A program made the translations under genes and the position numbers. The notes under the pieces are model-generated. The model had not been told where the DNA came from and did not search any database. It saw only the letters and a program-made list of their open reading frames with translations. Shown here piece by piece: positions 27,160-41,567 of a stretch of 64,000 bases of DNA; within the stretch, counting starts at the first letter, position 1; every line of letters begins with the position of its first letter. Origin of the DNA: Eledone cirrhosa (Eukaryota); NCBI GenBank assembly GCA_964016885.1, contig OZ024742.1, positions 229,524,001 to 229,588,000 of the forward strand, written 5' to 3'.

Positions 27160-29385
27160 TGCCCTTAATCGTAGGATGCAGAAGTGCTCGTGGCCTGAGA
27201 TCTTTCTGGAAGCAAGGTCACTTGATGTTCGACTTCAGGTCACTAGATATAGCTGTGACTGCCGTTAGCGAGACCTGGATTTCCTAAAAGCTCGTACTAG
27301 CTCTCATTTTTGACGACTATGAGATCTTTGCACCTATTCGTCGGCCTAGAATGGGAGGTGGGGTGGAAGTGCTGTTTAGGCAAAGCCTAGATCTCGAGAT
27401 ATGGATGATCTTCCTAGATCTGGACGGTAAGTTGGTATGTCTGGGTGTGAACATTAGCGAAGGTAGTGCAATAGGTCTGGTGGCCGTTTATATTTCAGCC
27501 AGGTCTGGACGGTAACATTTCTTCAGGAACCGGGAAGCCTTTCTGGCAACGTTCCGCCTCGTATGGTTAGTGGAGAACTGGAATGACATCAGGGACACGC
27601 GCGGGGGCTGTGTGTGTGTAGCAGATTGAAGTGTTGGGGTGGGTGTGAAAGGCTGAAGAATCTGATCAGGGAGTTCCAACTGTTTGATATGTACCTACTA
27701 GCTTTTCCGAATGTGCCAGTGTGGACCTTGACAAACTGCATAGAGTCATCTACATCGTATTTAGATAGGTGTTTTTATTAGGTAGCTGGATGCCATAGGG
27801 TGTCCACAATTCCGATCAATCGTTTATTCAAATCCCAAATTCGTCATCTGCTTGGTTGACCAAATAGAACACGAAGGCTAGTTACTGGACACTTAACGCA
27901 TCATTCTCGGCGCGTCAAGTACAGAAACTGGGCTAGCAGTTTAGTTAAGCGAAAGATGACAGGGGGTGTCATCAACAATAGGTCGTTGGGGCTCCCAAGA
28001 GAGAGAATAGAACAGAATGAATAGCTTTTGATAAAGAACTAGCAATAAAAGAAATTAAAAGATAGCTAAACTAAGAGGCAATTGTAATTAGTATTGCGAC
28101 CGACGTTCCAGCGGCGAGATTGTCACTTGAACATTTTTTTATGCAAAACAGCAAGGCTGCATTGTTAAAGCGCGTGCTCTAAGAAACGAGGAAATGAAAG
28201 CCGTTTGGTGGGGCTAAGTGATGCACCTTGGCAACAAATCCACAATTAGGTCTATGTGGGAACGAAACGATCGCGTGTTATTCGATTCCCGGCATATGTG
28301 TTCGGCTTTTCCCCAGCACGTTGCATGAATGTTGAGGAAGAGCTGGAGTTTGGAGAGGGTAGTGGATTCCAGTGCCTACTGTTACGGTCTGCCGTGATTC
28401 TGTGACTAACGTAAAGTTACCGCGAAAAGCTGATAACAGGTGTTTTACGTAGATGTCTATTTACGTACACATCCCAGACTTGTTCTGTTATCTCCTCGAT
28501 TCCATCTACTGCAACTAGCAACAGAAAAGAAGAATTCTTAGCTGGTTGAGTGGGGCATAGTAATACTGATGAGGAAAGACGAGAACAAGAAGGACGTTTT
28601 AGATAACTTCAGGCCCATAACTCTGCTAATCGTAGAGTTTAAGATTTTGGCCATGGTTCTAGAGACGAGGTTGGCGCTTGTCTTCGAGAGCCTGGTTCAT
28701 ACACAACAACCATCACCTCATCAGATACCTTATAAAGAGTGTAGAGAGAAAATCTGACTTTAGAGGGGCTTTGATTAATTTGGATAAAGCTAAAGCTTTC
28801 GATAGGGTCGAATGTCGATACCTCGACACCGTCCTCAAGGCAGCTGGCTTCAGTCTCGTCTTCAGCAGCTGGAGCGATATAATGCATAACGGCATCTGCT
28901 GTGTTCAAAGTCAATGGTCACCTATCAGAACCGTTCCAGATCACGCGTTTGGTTCGTCAAGTATGTCTTATCCTCCCTTCAGTACTTCCTAACTCTGTAG
29001 CTATTACTTTGGAAGATGCAGCTGTTGCAGTGCATCCCGCTCTAACCGAGACGGGAAAGGCTGCGTCAGCATATGCAGACGGCATACCTGTGATGGTGTC
29101 GAATACCTCCGGAAATCAAGTTGGGCGGCAACTTCGTAGAAGTGAAAGTTTGCCGGGAGGAAAGATCAACCCGGAAAAGGCGATGTGTTTGTAACTCGGC
29201 ACCTGGAGAGGTAAAACTTCGACAGCGATGTATGACGCTTGATAGATGTAGTGTTGAAGTTGCTCAGGGTTTGGTTTGGCCCCGACCTACAGGTGGATAA
29301 GAACTGGGACGAGGTAACCAGCAGGATGGCTACTGTCATCTAGATCTGGGTACAGATGACGCAATCCCTAAAACGTCGACGGAAT
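27160..29385 (+). pseudogene. Decayed Tx1 ORF2 (EN-RT)
   Basis: VGCRSARGL, SETWI, DNFRPITLL, INLDKAKAFDRV, SAYADG; colinear with 4487-6850; many stops. Confidence 0.85.
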
Positions 29386-29981
29386 AGAACTGACCAGTTT
29401 GTTCCGGAAGACTCAGACATACGCATTACTGAATCTTAAAGATTACAATTTATAGAAAATTATATAACTAGAATTGTTTTCAACACGCTGAAGCGTGTAT
29501 GAGTATATTATTACTAAAGCGCAAAGACAGACACATTTACAAAAATAAGTCGCTCAAATTTATATTTAGAGATTGTACACACAAGTTTAATGAATGTTAG
29601 ACGCTGGTTTCTGTAGTTTGTCATCACCCCTTCCTTCCTCAGTCATCTCTAGAGTGTGGCGGACGGACTGATGGACGGGCGGATTTCGCTTAAATTTATA
29701 TATAGATTCACTTGAATAAAGGTGGATGCCAAGTTGACTTTAATGGTAGCGACGTTTCTAGCAGTCTAGTTTACCTCAAGCGTGTTCTAACAATTTGAAT
29801 TGCAGTAGATTAATGGATCATTCGGTTTACATTTAGCACATTATGATACGTTGAAACATTATGATATGAAGCCTCAAGATTGTTTCCATGGCAACTGCTT
29901 CGAGTTGATGTTCTTAACTGACGTCTGTGACTTTCCAATGCATTTTCAAACAGAGTATATATATATATATGTATATATATG

Positions 29982-30015
<34 letters not shown>

Positions 30016-30051
30016 TGTTGAACACGGTCGGAATTGTACCTATCTCTATAT

Positions 30052-30290
<239 letters not shown>

Positions 30291-30307
30291 TAGATTTATA
30301 TATATAT

Positions 30308-30897
30308 AAATGTAAGTATGTATGTATACGTACATACATATATGTATACAGACGTACAGTAGCATGCAGGCGTTATAATAAACGTCGGCTAAACTGATGC
30401 GTGCATATATGTATGTGTACCTGTATGCATATGTGTATATATATATATATATATATGCATGCTACTGTACGTCTGTATACATATATGTATGTACGTATAC
30501 ATACATACTTACATTTAAGTAAGTGCCATACTAAGAGTGAGAAATGAAATTTCGTTTTCATTTTTTTCAACTTATCGTTTTCGGTATCCCTGACCGATTT
30601 AACTCACTCAATATGCAAATTAGGCTGCTCAGCCGTTAATTTTTATAAGGAAAGTATATACTTTCGAACGTTCAACTATCTGGCAGATGGGTAAACGGTG
30701 CTGATGATAGCTAACAAGCTTGAAACTAGTACATCGTTCCTGTGTCAATGTTGAACAAAAAGGTGACGTGGTTGCCTTAACACCGTATGGCATAAATTCA
30801 GGCTGTTCGATTTGTTGACAAACAAACGAACAAAGCAGGCGTTATAATAAACGTCGGCTAAACTGATGCGTGCATATATGTATGTGTACCTGTATGC

Positions 30898-30954
<57 letters not shown>

Positions 30955-31068
30955 TGCTACTGTACGTCTGTATACATATATGTATGTACGTATACATACA
31001 TACTTACATTTAAGTAAGTGCCATACTAAGAGTGAGAAATGAAATTTCGTTTTCATTTTTTTCAACTT
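30308..31068 (+). mobile_element. Retrozyme-like element: inverted 5' piece + partial tandem of a ~470-bp monomer, in (TA)n
   Basis: 30308-30369 is the reverse complement of 30456-30517. 30367-30575 is repeated at 30836-31068. One hammerhead in the unique part. Confidence 0.8.
30694..30738 (+). ncRNA. Minimal type I hammerhead ribozyme motif
   Basis: AACGGTG-CTGATGA-t agct aaca agct t-GAAAC-ta-GTA-CATCGTT; 7-bp helix I; ACTAGT palindrome in helix III. Confidence 0.88.
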
Positions 31069-31081
31069 ATATATATATATT

Positions 31082-31134
<53 letters not shown>

Positions 31135-31135
31135 T

Positions 31136-31171
<36 letters not shown>

Positions 31172-31195
31172 TATATATATATATTTATATATATA

Positions 31196-31388
<193 letters not shown>

Positions 31389-31476
31389 TTATATATATAA
31401 ACTCATCGATACACACGATCTATCCATATATATTTGTGTGTGTGAGTATGTTTATGTGTGTATGGGGGTGTTACTG

Positions 31477-31525
<49 letters not shown>

Positions 31526-31632
31526 TTATATATATATATATATATTCACATACATAATATAGAGATAGGTACAATTCCGACCGTGTTCAGCAAGACTTTT
31601 CCAGTGTGTAGACATATATATATATATATATG

Positions 31633-31970
31633 TAAAAGTTCTATTTAAATTGTTGTGATACAACAAGCAAATATTTTTATAACTGATATAAAGCACTCAA
31701 CAAATATTTGGAGTAAAAATGCGATATTAACAAATGGAAACTATATTTATAAAACCATATTTATTTCATTATACATATTTCAAAGACACCAAGTTAAATT
31801 ATGGTGTGCTTTCTCTCAGATAAAATATAATATAGATCAGTTTTATAAATTAATATTGACGTACCCTTAAAGAATGCAACCATTGCTGTTGGAAGCTCCC
31901 GGATAGTGGAGTTGTAGCTTTAATTATATTATTAGTATTGGATATTTTTATTTTTAAAATAAGCCGTTGG
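31633..31970 (-). mobile_element. Copy of the 50637-51029 family (related to 10735) with degenerate hammerhead 31762-31827
   Basis: Reverse complement aligns with about 50755-51029; core reads CTGAGAGA...GAAATATGTATA; (TA)n on both sides. Confidence 0.75.
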
Positions 31971-32059
31971 GTTATATATATATTACCCACTCTACTACCC
32001 TAAGTATTGAGTACTTTGGTGCGTTATGGTCCACCTGGTTCCTTACCAGATTTCCTTCG

Positions 32060-32113
<54 letters not shown>

Positions 32114-32589
32114 ATGTATATATAAGCAGCTCTTTGAGAAGTATTAGATAAATGATGGATAGGAAAGGTTAAAATAAATGGGGCTCTGTTGTGTTTGCTA
32201 GTTGTGATCACATATATATAATGTGTAAAGACTCCGAACATGGAATTTGCACTTAGAAAGTTCCCGTTCGAGGCACATATCCCGGCAAGATTGTTTTGCT
32301 TACCACTCTCCACGCTAGACGCCACTGATATTGTCGAAGGCAGAATAATTAGAACATTGGCCAAATGTTTAGCAGAATTTGCTCTTTATCTTTACTTTTT
32401 GATTTCAAATTCCACCAAGATTAACTTTAAATTTCATCCTGCCGAGGTCGATAAAATATTGTACCAGTCAAGCATTGGGACGATATTATCAAATTGCTGA
32501 TCCTATGTCTAAATTAGAAACCATTATTATATGTTTTAAAAACCAGCCATTAGGAAATCGTTCAGCTTTTCACAAGGTTGGGAAATAAT

Positions 32590-32760
32590 TTTACTTCTAA
32601 ACAAATAGCTAATGTAATGTAACTTCACTTTACAGATATTGTCAAACGTCTACTTCTAAATAAATAGCTAGAGCAATTTAACTTCACTGTAGAAATATCG
32701 TCAAAAACATCTAAGTAAATAACTAGTGTAATGCAACTTCACTTTACAGATGTCCTTAAA
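32590..32760. repeat. Diverged ~57-bp tandem repeat, about 3 copies
   Basis: Repeated CTAAA.AAATAGCTA...AACTTCACT.TA.A.AT. Confidence 0.7.
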
Positions 32761-34784
32761 CCTTTTACGTGTAACAAATTACCAAACAACTAAAGCGTAT
32801 AGAATAATTGACCGTGACCAAAAACCTAATGATATCACAGCGTCTTACTTGTCCACCAAAATTGTGCATCATGCGCAAAACATTGCTGATACGAACTGAC
32901 ATGATGGTACATTTATAATTAATTCGATCACGCTGACCTTTTTGAAAAGTCCCAAGCTCAATCCCACAGAGTAGCATCTTGGGCAAGTTTAGTTTTACCA
33001 CTGTCATGGGTCGACCCAAAGCTTGTGTCTGTAATGTGTAGGAATCCGTCGAATGGAATGTTTCTCTAATTCAAATATCCAGCCTTGTTACCTATTGTGT
33101 CACGTTTATTCGGCTTGGGAAATACGTTACGTGTACGTGGGTCTATGGAATACTCAAAAACGTATAAGTTGATTCACAAATTATTAGGATTTTATTATCA
33201 TATGAAGATTTTTTTTGACTCATTTACGGCTGTTTCGTCTTTAGATTTTTCTTATTGCACCAATTAGACGTGCGCGTTATATATATTCAGAGGGACTTAT
33301 GAAACCACTTTGTAAGCAGTTTGCAAAGTCAGGAAATAATATTGCTATGAAGGGACACTGTAATAAATTCAGTACTATTAATTATATCAATAGATAGAGC
33401 CTTCGATACCGAGCAATCAGGAGCATGTTATTTAGAAACAGTCAAGCGAGGAGTTTTCTAATTTTCTTATTGGGATATTTCGCCACGGGCTCTTATATTA
33501 ATCTCCATCTGGTAATAGTATAGACAAAAGAAATTAAAGACATAGTCTGCTCATAATATAAACGAAAATGTGGCTAATAAAAAACTCGTGATCAAACAGT
33601 ATTCAATGTTTTTCCATTAGCTGTGTGATATTATATGGAAGACACATTCAGTAATTATAAACAGCCATAGGGATTACGTTTTGTAAGCCATCTTAGTTTT
33701 TCTTTTTAATATATCGTGTGTTAACATTGTTTGTAATAATTAAAGCCGAAAGCATACAAATTTTCATGGCAAAGACACTAAAACTTTCAAACGAAACATT
33801 CAAAATGCCGAACAGTATTACCACGCAAGAAATACAATAAAAATCTGTATAAACATTCAAAATTAGTTTTAAGCTATTTGTGTTTTATTCATTAACATTA
33901 ATATTAAATGTTAAAAGTTCCTTGATGTAACTTTGCGTTTTATTTAAGATTGGAGAAGATAAGAATTGAATAGTACAGTCTGCTTAATCAATATAGTCAA
34001 TTTAGTATATAATGTTGTCTAACTTAGTTAATGATTAATTGCTACTTACAGTTTATTATTTCTGACCGGCGGATGATTACAGACTTGTATGCAAATTTCT
34101 CACAGGTCCTGCTGGAAAATCATTGTTAATTATGTATAACGAAAATAATGAATATTAAATGGAATTCAGAAACTAAAAGTATGACTAAACACTTATTTAA
34201 TTTTAGAACAAGTTATTATTATTAAACTTTTCTGATATTACATTCACTACCAAATCAATACATTGAGTGGCAAATGATAACATTCTCTCAAGTAGCTTTC
34301 GGGTTATTGTACTAGTAATAAAGTGTTACTTTGATATAGTGAAAGACCTGTTAGCGTAATTTGGTATAGAAAAGCTTTAGTTTATTGGTTTGGCGACAAT
34401 GGATTGAAGACAGTTAGTGTAAAGTTATGGGAAAACGTAGCACAAAAACATCCACACGTTCTAAATATTGTTCATCACTTAATGACTTTCACGAAACATC
34501 AAATATCGCATTAACAACAAAGGGCTTATGGGGGGAAATCGATGAAGAAGCATTAATGAAGTATCTCTCGCCCAGACCTCATTCGCTTGCCGAGTGGGGT
34601 GTACCTCGTCAAATCGGACCAAGGAAACAATGCTTCCATTGCTAATACTATCTAGCGGTCGCAACTTAACGAATGCATCTCCAACTCTGAAAACGGATAT
34701 ATATATATATATATATATCATAAATAAATTGACTGTCCATTTCAACTATTTTCTCTACCTGTATGACATATATAGCTTTGCTAA

Positions 34785-34935
34785 AAACATATCAGATGCT
34801 GAATTTGCTGACGACATAGCTCCGTTGACAAACACAGTGAAGGAGGTAGAGGATTTAATGTGAGAGTTGGAGACTGTGTCGATGAGTGTGGGGCTGAGAA
34901 TGAATGAGTGTAAGACGAAGTGTTTGGTAGAGAAT
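34785..34935 (+). pseudogene. RTE-type reverse transcriptase fragment
   Basis: SDAEFADDIAPL..VEDLM*ELETVSMSVGLRMNECKTK matches the FADDIALL..LE..VGL.IN..KTK pattern. Confidence 0.7.
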
Positions 34936-35286
34936 ATGAAGGAGTCAGATTCCAGCAGTTTTGACATATTTCCACAATTTATATATCGATACACCTGTAC
35001 TAACCCGAGGGTTGAAGTTAGGACCTGTAGGCAAACTGTCACACTTAACATTTATTTAGTAGTTATATTGGATGTATTATTGTCCGAACAATTATATTCT
35101 ATGTTTAAAGCTCCTAAATAATTTTGATCGGATATCGATTTTAAAAATTTGATGTATTTAGATGTGTGTCTTGAAATATATCTCCTGGTCGAATAGGATT
35201 CCCTAGAAGTTTTAAGCAAATTCGAATGTACCAACATTTTCATTGACAACATAAATTTATATAAGAAGTAAAGCGATAATAATATA

Positions 35287-35435
35287 CCGTATTTCCCGGC
35301 TCCGAAGACCCTTCGTCCTCGTAGACGCACCCTAATTTTAAAAATAATAAACAACCTTCGGCCTCCAAGGCGCATGGTAGATTTTTGAGACTTATTTTAG
35401 GAAGAAAGTAGATTCTGAGACACCGGGAAATACGG
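35287..35435. mobile_element. Tc1/mariner-pogo-type MITE
   Basis: TA|CCGTATTTCCCGG ... CCGGGAAATACGG|TA: 13-bp TIR with TA target-site duplication. Confidence 0.8.
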
Positions 35436-35569
35436 TAGTTAAAGTCAACTTGTGTTGAGGAAGATAACTTATGGTCTGTCTTGATCTGTTTCAGTTGGTG
35501 ATATTATATTTCGATTCAGCGGCATTACATTCACGTGCACAGACATACGCATGCCCACACATTCCTTCT

Positions 35570-35878
35570 AGCAAAACCACCAATCAAAACGAACTAAGAC
35601 TGACCACCATAAATGAATGTGAATCGATATATACTGTTTCAAATCCCTAAGAGGTTCATTCTGTCATTACCATAACAGACGTTCGACAGGCTTTTGATTC
35701 CCGATACTGTCCAGATCGAACTGATCAATCGCGAAACGCGGACCTCTGCGCCGCTGAGGCCCTGGAAATACTCTACGCCACAGACCACATCTTAAACAAA
35801 AAATCTGAGGCAATTTCGGCTTGTAAACATAAATTTGCACAAAACTTTCCTGTATTACAGCCCCACGTTATACCCTAA
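35570..35878 (+). pseudogene. C-terminus of a Penelope-like element ORF (GIY-YIG end, Naiad-like), decayed
   Basis: Frame from 35741 reads DLCAAEALEILYATDHILNKKSEAISACKHKF...*, matching the recalled CxLCxxEKxxI...LNKRSE...CRH terminus. An AT-rich UTR follows to a (TA)n at about 36900. Confidence 0.6.
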
Positions 35879-36779
35879 CGGATAGTACGATCTATACGTG
35901 GATATTTTACGTCTTGATGTGGGAGCTAAGTATATGTTTTGTTTACTTATATGTTTTACTTATTTGCATAGGTAAGTATATATTACCCGTATGTTTTGTG
36001 AAGGTACGTATACCTTCTCGTACGTATATTTGATTGTTTATGTTATGGCGTATAATTTTATATATTCTGGTACATATGGTTTGGCTATGTGTATACGGGA
36101 GTTTCGCGTCTGTGTGAGTATGCAGGTTCGTACGTATGTAGGGTGTGTGTATATGTGTACTTCATGTTTTGATTGACTTATGTCTCCGAACATTCGTGTA
36201 TTTACATGTAGGTATGAGTGTGCGCTTGTTATATACGTATTTATTTATTTATATACGTTTATATATTTATTTATTTATTTGTATACACGCATACACACAC
36301 ACATATTTATATGTGCATGGTTTTGTATACCTATGGTAAGTGTTTTGCGTATGCTTGTGTATGTACGTATTTGTTTGCGTGTATGTTTTTATTTATTTCT
36401 ATTACTTGTGTATTGTATTTATTTACTTTGTTCTTAACTTTGTAGCGGAGATTCATTCGGTCTCTTAGTTAGAATTTTAGTCTACGACTTCTGCTATACC
36501 ATTTACGTGGTTTTGTCTTTGCGTGCTATTGTTCTCTACGCTCCACTTATGACGTATTATCTTCGTTTTTTTTCGTTCATTGCCAGAGAATGTCTCTATC
36601 AACCACCTAAGAGAACATTAGTCTACGACCTATTTTATACCATTAACGTGGTTCTGTCTTTGCGCGTAATTGTTTTTCACCTCTCCTATTAATGACGTAT
36701 TATATTCGTTTTTTTCCGTGCTTTGCCAGCGAACGTTTCCACGAACCAAAGTATCGTCTTCCTGTTTACCTCCGGTTGC

Positions 36780-36895
36780 AACGTTTTTTGAAATATCCAC
36801 TTCTGCGTTTACAGATTGACTTTGTTAGTTTCAGAAGATCCCGTTAAGGGTGTAAGCAGCGATTCTTTGCTTAAACTTTAATCTGTTATTTTAAT
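36780..36895. repeat. Dispersed (TA)n-adjacent repeat, inverted copy at 56963-57075
   Basis: TTAGTTTCAGAAGATCCCGTTAAGGGTG.AAGCAGCGATTCTTTGCTTAAACTTTAAT is shared. Confidence 0.75.
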
Positions 36896-36920
36896 AAATA
36901 TATATATATATATATATATA

Positions 36921-38016
<1,096 letters not shown>

Positions 38017-38046
38017 TATTAATAAAATAGATGTTCTTTTGATCAA

Positions 38047-38107
38047 TTACATTTTATTATACATATTTCGGATGTACAATAGTACGTCCTCATCAGACAA
38101 AATATAA
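38047..38107 (-). ncRNA. Minimal type I hammerhead (left arm of foldback 38015-38290)
   Basis: TTATATTTTGT-CTGATGA-ggacgtac tatt gtacatcc-GAAA-T-ATGT-ATA-ATAAAATGTAA. Confidence 0.85.
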
Positions 38108-38197
38108 TGATACATGACATACCCTGAGATGTTAAATGGTTAAGATTTAATCAAGGTAGTCTTAACCATTTAACATCTCAGGGTATGTCATGTATCA

Positions 38198-38258
38198 TTA
38201 TATTTTGTCTGATGAGGACGTACTGTTGTACATCCGAAATATGTATAATAAAATGTAA
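38198..38258 (+). ncRNA. Minimal type I hammerhead (right arm of foldback 38015-38290)
   Basis: TTATATTTTGT-CTGATGA-ggacgtac tgtt gtacatcc-GAAA-T-ATGT-ATA-ATAAAATGTAA; 11-bp helix I including G-U pairs. Confidence 0.87.
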
Positions 38259-38387
38259 TTGATCAAAAGAACGTCTATTTTATTAATACTGATATTAATA
38301 ACTCCTGAAAATTATTTTTCAGTTGAGTGCTTCCAATCTACTGTAAAACTCATTCTTTGACATAATCATCAAATATTGTTTAACAAC

Positions 38388-38447
<60 letters not shown>

Positions 38448-38514
38448 TGTGTGTATGAGTCTGCATACCTGCACATATATATATATGAATGTGTGTGTGT
38501 GTGTGGATACCTGC

Positions 38515-38556
<42 letters not shown>

Positions 38557-38941
38557 TAATAGTGTATTTAAATTGGATCTAGATCAAACAAGATTAGAGA
38601 AGCTATCTTCATTTATTAGCGAGGAGAAACTGCTGTAGTCAGAATCTCGACATTTTCTCCCCAAATTAAGTTTCCACACCATTATTGTTGCAAAGCATTA
38701 CTAAAATAAATTACCATTATATAAGATAGTAACTCACATTTGGGATATTTCCATGCGACTTATAATTCTTCAACATCTTGACTGTTTTTCATACACCATT
38801 GTTAATATTTTCGTTGACTTAATTCCTTTGACTGCAAATTATCAAATTTAAGAATGAATAGTCAGTATCTATTTCTATGAGTGTTTTTCATAAATTGAAT
38901 ACGAGTGAGAGAGAGGGAGTGGAACAGAGAGTGAGAGTGAA

Positions 38942-39047
<106 letters not shown>

Positions 39048-39545
39048 AGAGAGGGATGTATAGATAGATGGATAGATAGCTAGAGAGTGAGAGAGAGATA
39101 GAAAGAATTATATATATATATAAACAAAGGCAGAGAGTTAAGGAGTGAAGGGGGAGTGAGAAAAGGAGAGAGAGCAAAAGAAGTGGGATTGCAATTTTCC
39201 TATTTCCTATTATACACTAAGCTAGTAATATTCTGTTGCGATATGGCAGATTGATTACAGAAATCATTAGCACATTAAAGCATTCGTCTTCAGTTACTAT
39301 GCCGTTGTTCACATGGCTACTTCTATTCTCAAAGTCGATTGATTCTCAAGAGCTTAACGAACGCTTTACTTGCTACTTTCTATATACGTTAATGCGATTT
39401 GATGACTGATCAACGCACTAATTCTTTGTGATGCCCGCACTTTCTTATCAATCTCAATCGTAGGAAATAATACATACATGATACTTCGAGTGGCTCTGTA
39501 CAATTGTATTGCTTATCAAGCAATAACTGCGCCGTGGTTGTCTCT

Positions 39546-39586
<41 letters not shown>

Positions 39587-39588
39587 TT

Positions 39589-40589
39589 CATTTATTAGCC
39601 ACAAGGGCCGACATGTAGGGGACAATACAAAGACAGGGGACAGTGGGGGTTTACAATAAGGTCGAGTAAAAGTGCACAATGGCAAGACTAATTTAACAAT
39701 GAAAATATAAAAATATAAAATAAACTATGCATAAATATAACAAAATAAATTCCCCGATAGGGGGTGGACGACCCTGGAGTGATTCGGGTACCCCACCAAT
39801 CCTGAACCACCCTGCGCTTCTAGGGCACCCAGGGAGAGCACCCCTCTCCTCAAGTTAGTCAGCCTATAGGCGCATGGTGAGAGTAGGCCCATTCACACGA
39901 GCCATTCTCGCCACATTCACCCACCTTTTAGTAAATGTACTGGGGGGCAGCACTTCTCTCTCCACACTCACCCTCCTTTCCAGGTGAAACTTGAAGAAGT
40001 TGATGAGGGATTGGCCGAAGAGAAAACTGTCTGTCTTTAGTCCTTTCAACCTCGTCCACCATATAATCTCTTTCGCAACTTCCACCAGGCAGAGGAAAAT
40101 GTCCTGCTCTCCCTGACCTAAGGAAGGTGGCGGCTCGATCTTCACTATGGACTCGGCCGATAGCCGGATTCGTTCCACACGCGACAGTAGCTGTTCGACA
40201 TAACTCCACAAGTCAGTAATGCACGGAGATTGGACAAGTGCGTGCAGAACGGTTTCGTCGTTCTGCGCGCATCTTGGGCAGGTCCGTCTGACAGCACTTC
40301 CGTGCCTGTAGAGTTTATCCCGAACCGGCAGTGGCCCCCGGTAGCACTGCCAAGCGAGGGATTTCTGGAAATTGTCCATCGTCGCCGGCTCAAAAGTCCT
40401 CCGGTACAGACTGGTCAGTTCGACTTCGTCGAGGCCCAAAGCTTCTCCGAGTGCGTCATCGCACTTGCCCACCACTAATCCTCTATAGAACTCGAGAGTG
40501 GAAGTTCCACTGATCGCCTTGCCCGCTTGGAAGAGGGCAGTGAGTGCCTGGCAACATTCCAGGTGCCAGTCACCCGGAATGTTGCCAGG
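39589..40589 (-). mobile_element. 5'-truncated Tx1 copy inserted in (AAT)n
   Basis: GDWHLECCQAL..MDNFQKSLAWQCYRG..CPRC..RMARVNGP; 3' end GTGGCTAATAAATGAA(ATT)n; (AAT)n on both sides. Confidence 0.9.
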
Positions 40590-40590
40590 C

Positions 40591-40636
<46 letters not shown>

Positions 40637-40639
<3 letters not shown>

Positions 40640-40775
40640 TTTCTTTATTAACCACAAGGGTTTACATAAAGTAGACATTAAGGACAGTGCAGGACAATGC
40701 AGGACGGTACAAATGGGCATTTCTGCGTGTAAAAAACAAAAACAGAGGATGTAACAAAAAATAACAATGAAAAAT
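40637..40775 (-). mobile_element. Very short Tx1 3'-UTR fragment
   Basis: Minus strand CCCTTGTGGTTAATAAAGAAATC(ATT)n resembles the Tx1 3' end. Confidence 0.55.
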
Positions 40776-40814
40776 AATAATAATAATAATAAGAAGAAGA
40801 AGAAGAAGAAGAAG

Positions 40815-41552
40815 AAGGAGGAATGTTAATGGCTGCGCAAGAGCAGGCCCTCAAAACGAAGTGGTTGAAACACCATATTTACAAGGAGGAGGCTAGCCCA
40901 CTGTGCAGGATCTGTGGAGAGAGAGAGGAGACTGTGGCTCACATTGTATCCGAGTGTAAACACCTGGCCCAGACTCACTATAAGGGCTCAAGACATGATG
41001 TGATGGGCAGGGTGATCCACTGTCACCTCTGCAAAGTAAACAATTTACCACATTCTGAGAAGTGGTATGAGCATAAGCCAGAGTCGGTGATAGAGAACGA
41101 TCAGGTGAAGGTGCTGTGGGATTTTAGGATACAGACGGACAAGAAACTGGAACACAATACACCTGACTTGGTGGTTTTGGACAAGGAAAAAAGATCGTGC
41201 CTGATTGTGGATGTGGCCTGCCCATTCGACACGAGAGTGCAAGAGAAGGAGAGGGAGAAAATTAACCGATACCAGGACTTAAAGTGGGAGGTAAAAAGGA
41301 TTTGGAACTGCCATGAAGTCAAAGTGGTCCCGATTGTCATAGGCGCACTAGGGACTATCTCAAAAAGTTTCCAGGGATGGTTAAAGAAAATTGGCCCCGC
41401 CCCGCTTTTTGGAACGCTTCAAAAGGCATGCTTGCTGGGAACAGCAAGAACCCTCCGATACGTCCTGAATATCTGAGGCTGCAGGTAGTGACTTGATATT
41501 CAATTCAACAAACTTTCCAGTTAACTACCATCAATGACTGACACTCAAAGAA
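40815..41552 (+). mobile_element. 5'-truncated R4/Dong-type retrotransposon (CCHC + restriction-like endonuclease ORF 40823-41476)
   Basis: AAQEQAL, CRICGEREETVAHIVSEC, RHD, PDLVVLD..IVDVACP, KINRY, VPIVIGALG; ends in (AAT)n. Confidence 0.9.
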
Positions 41553-41567
41553 CAATAATAATAATAA

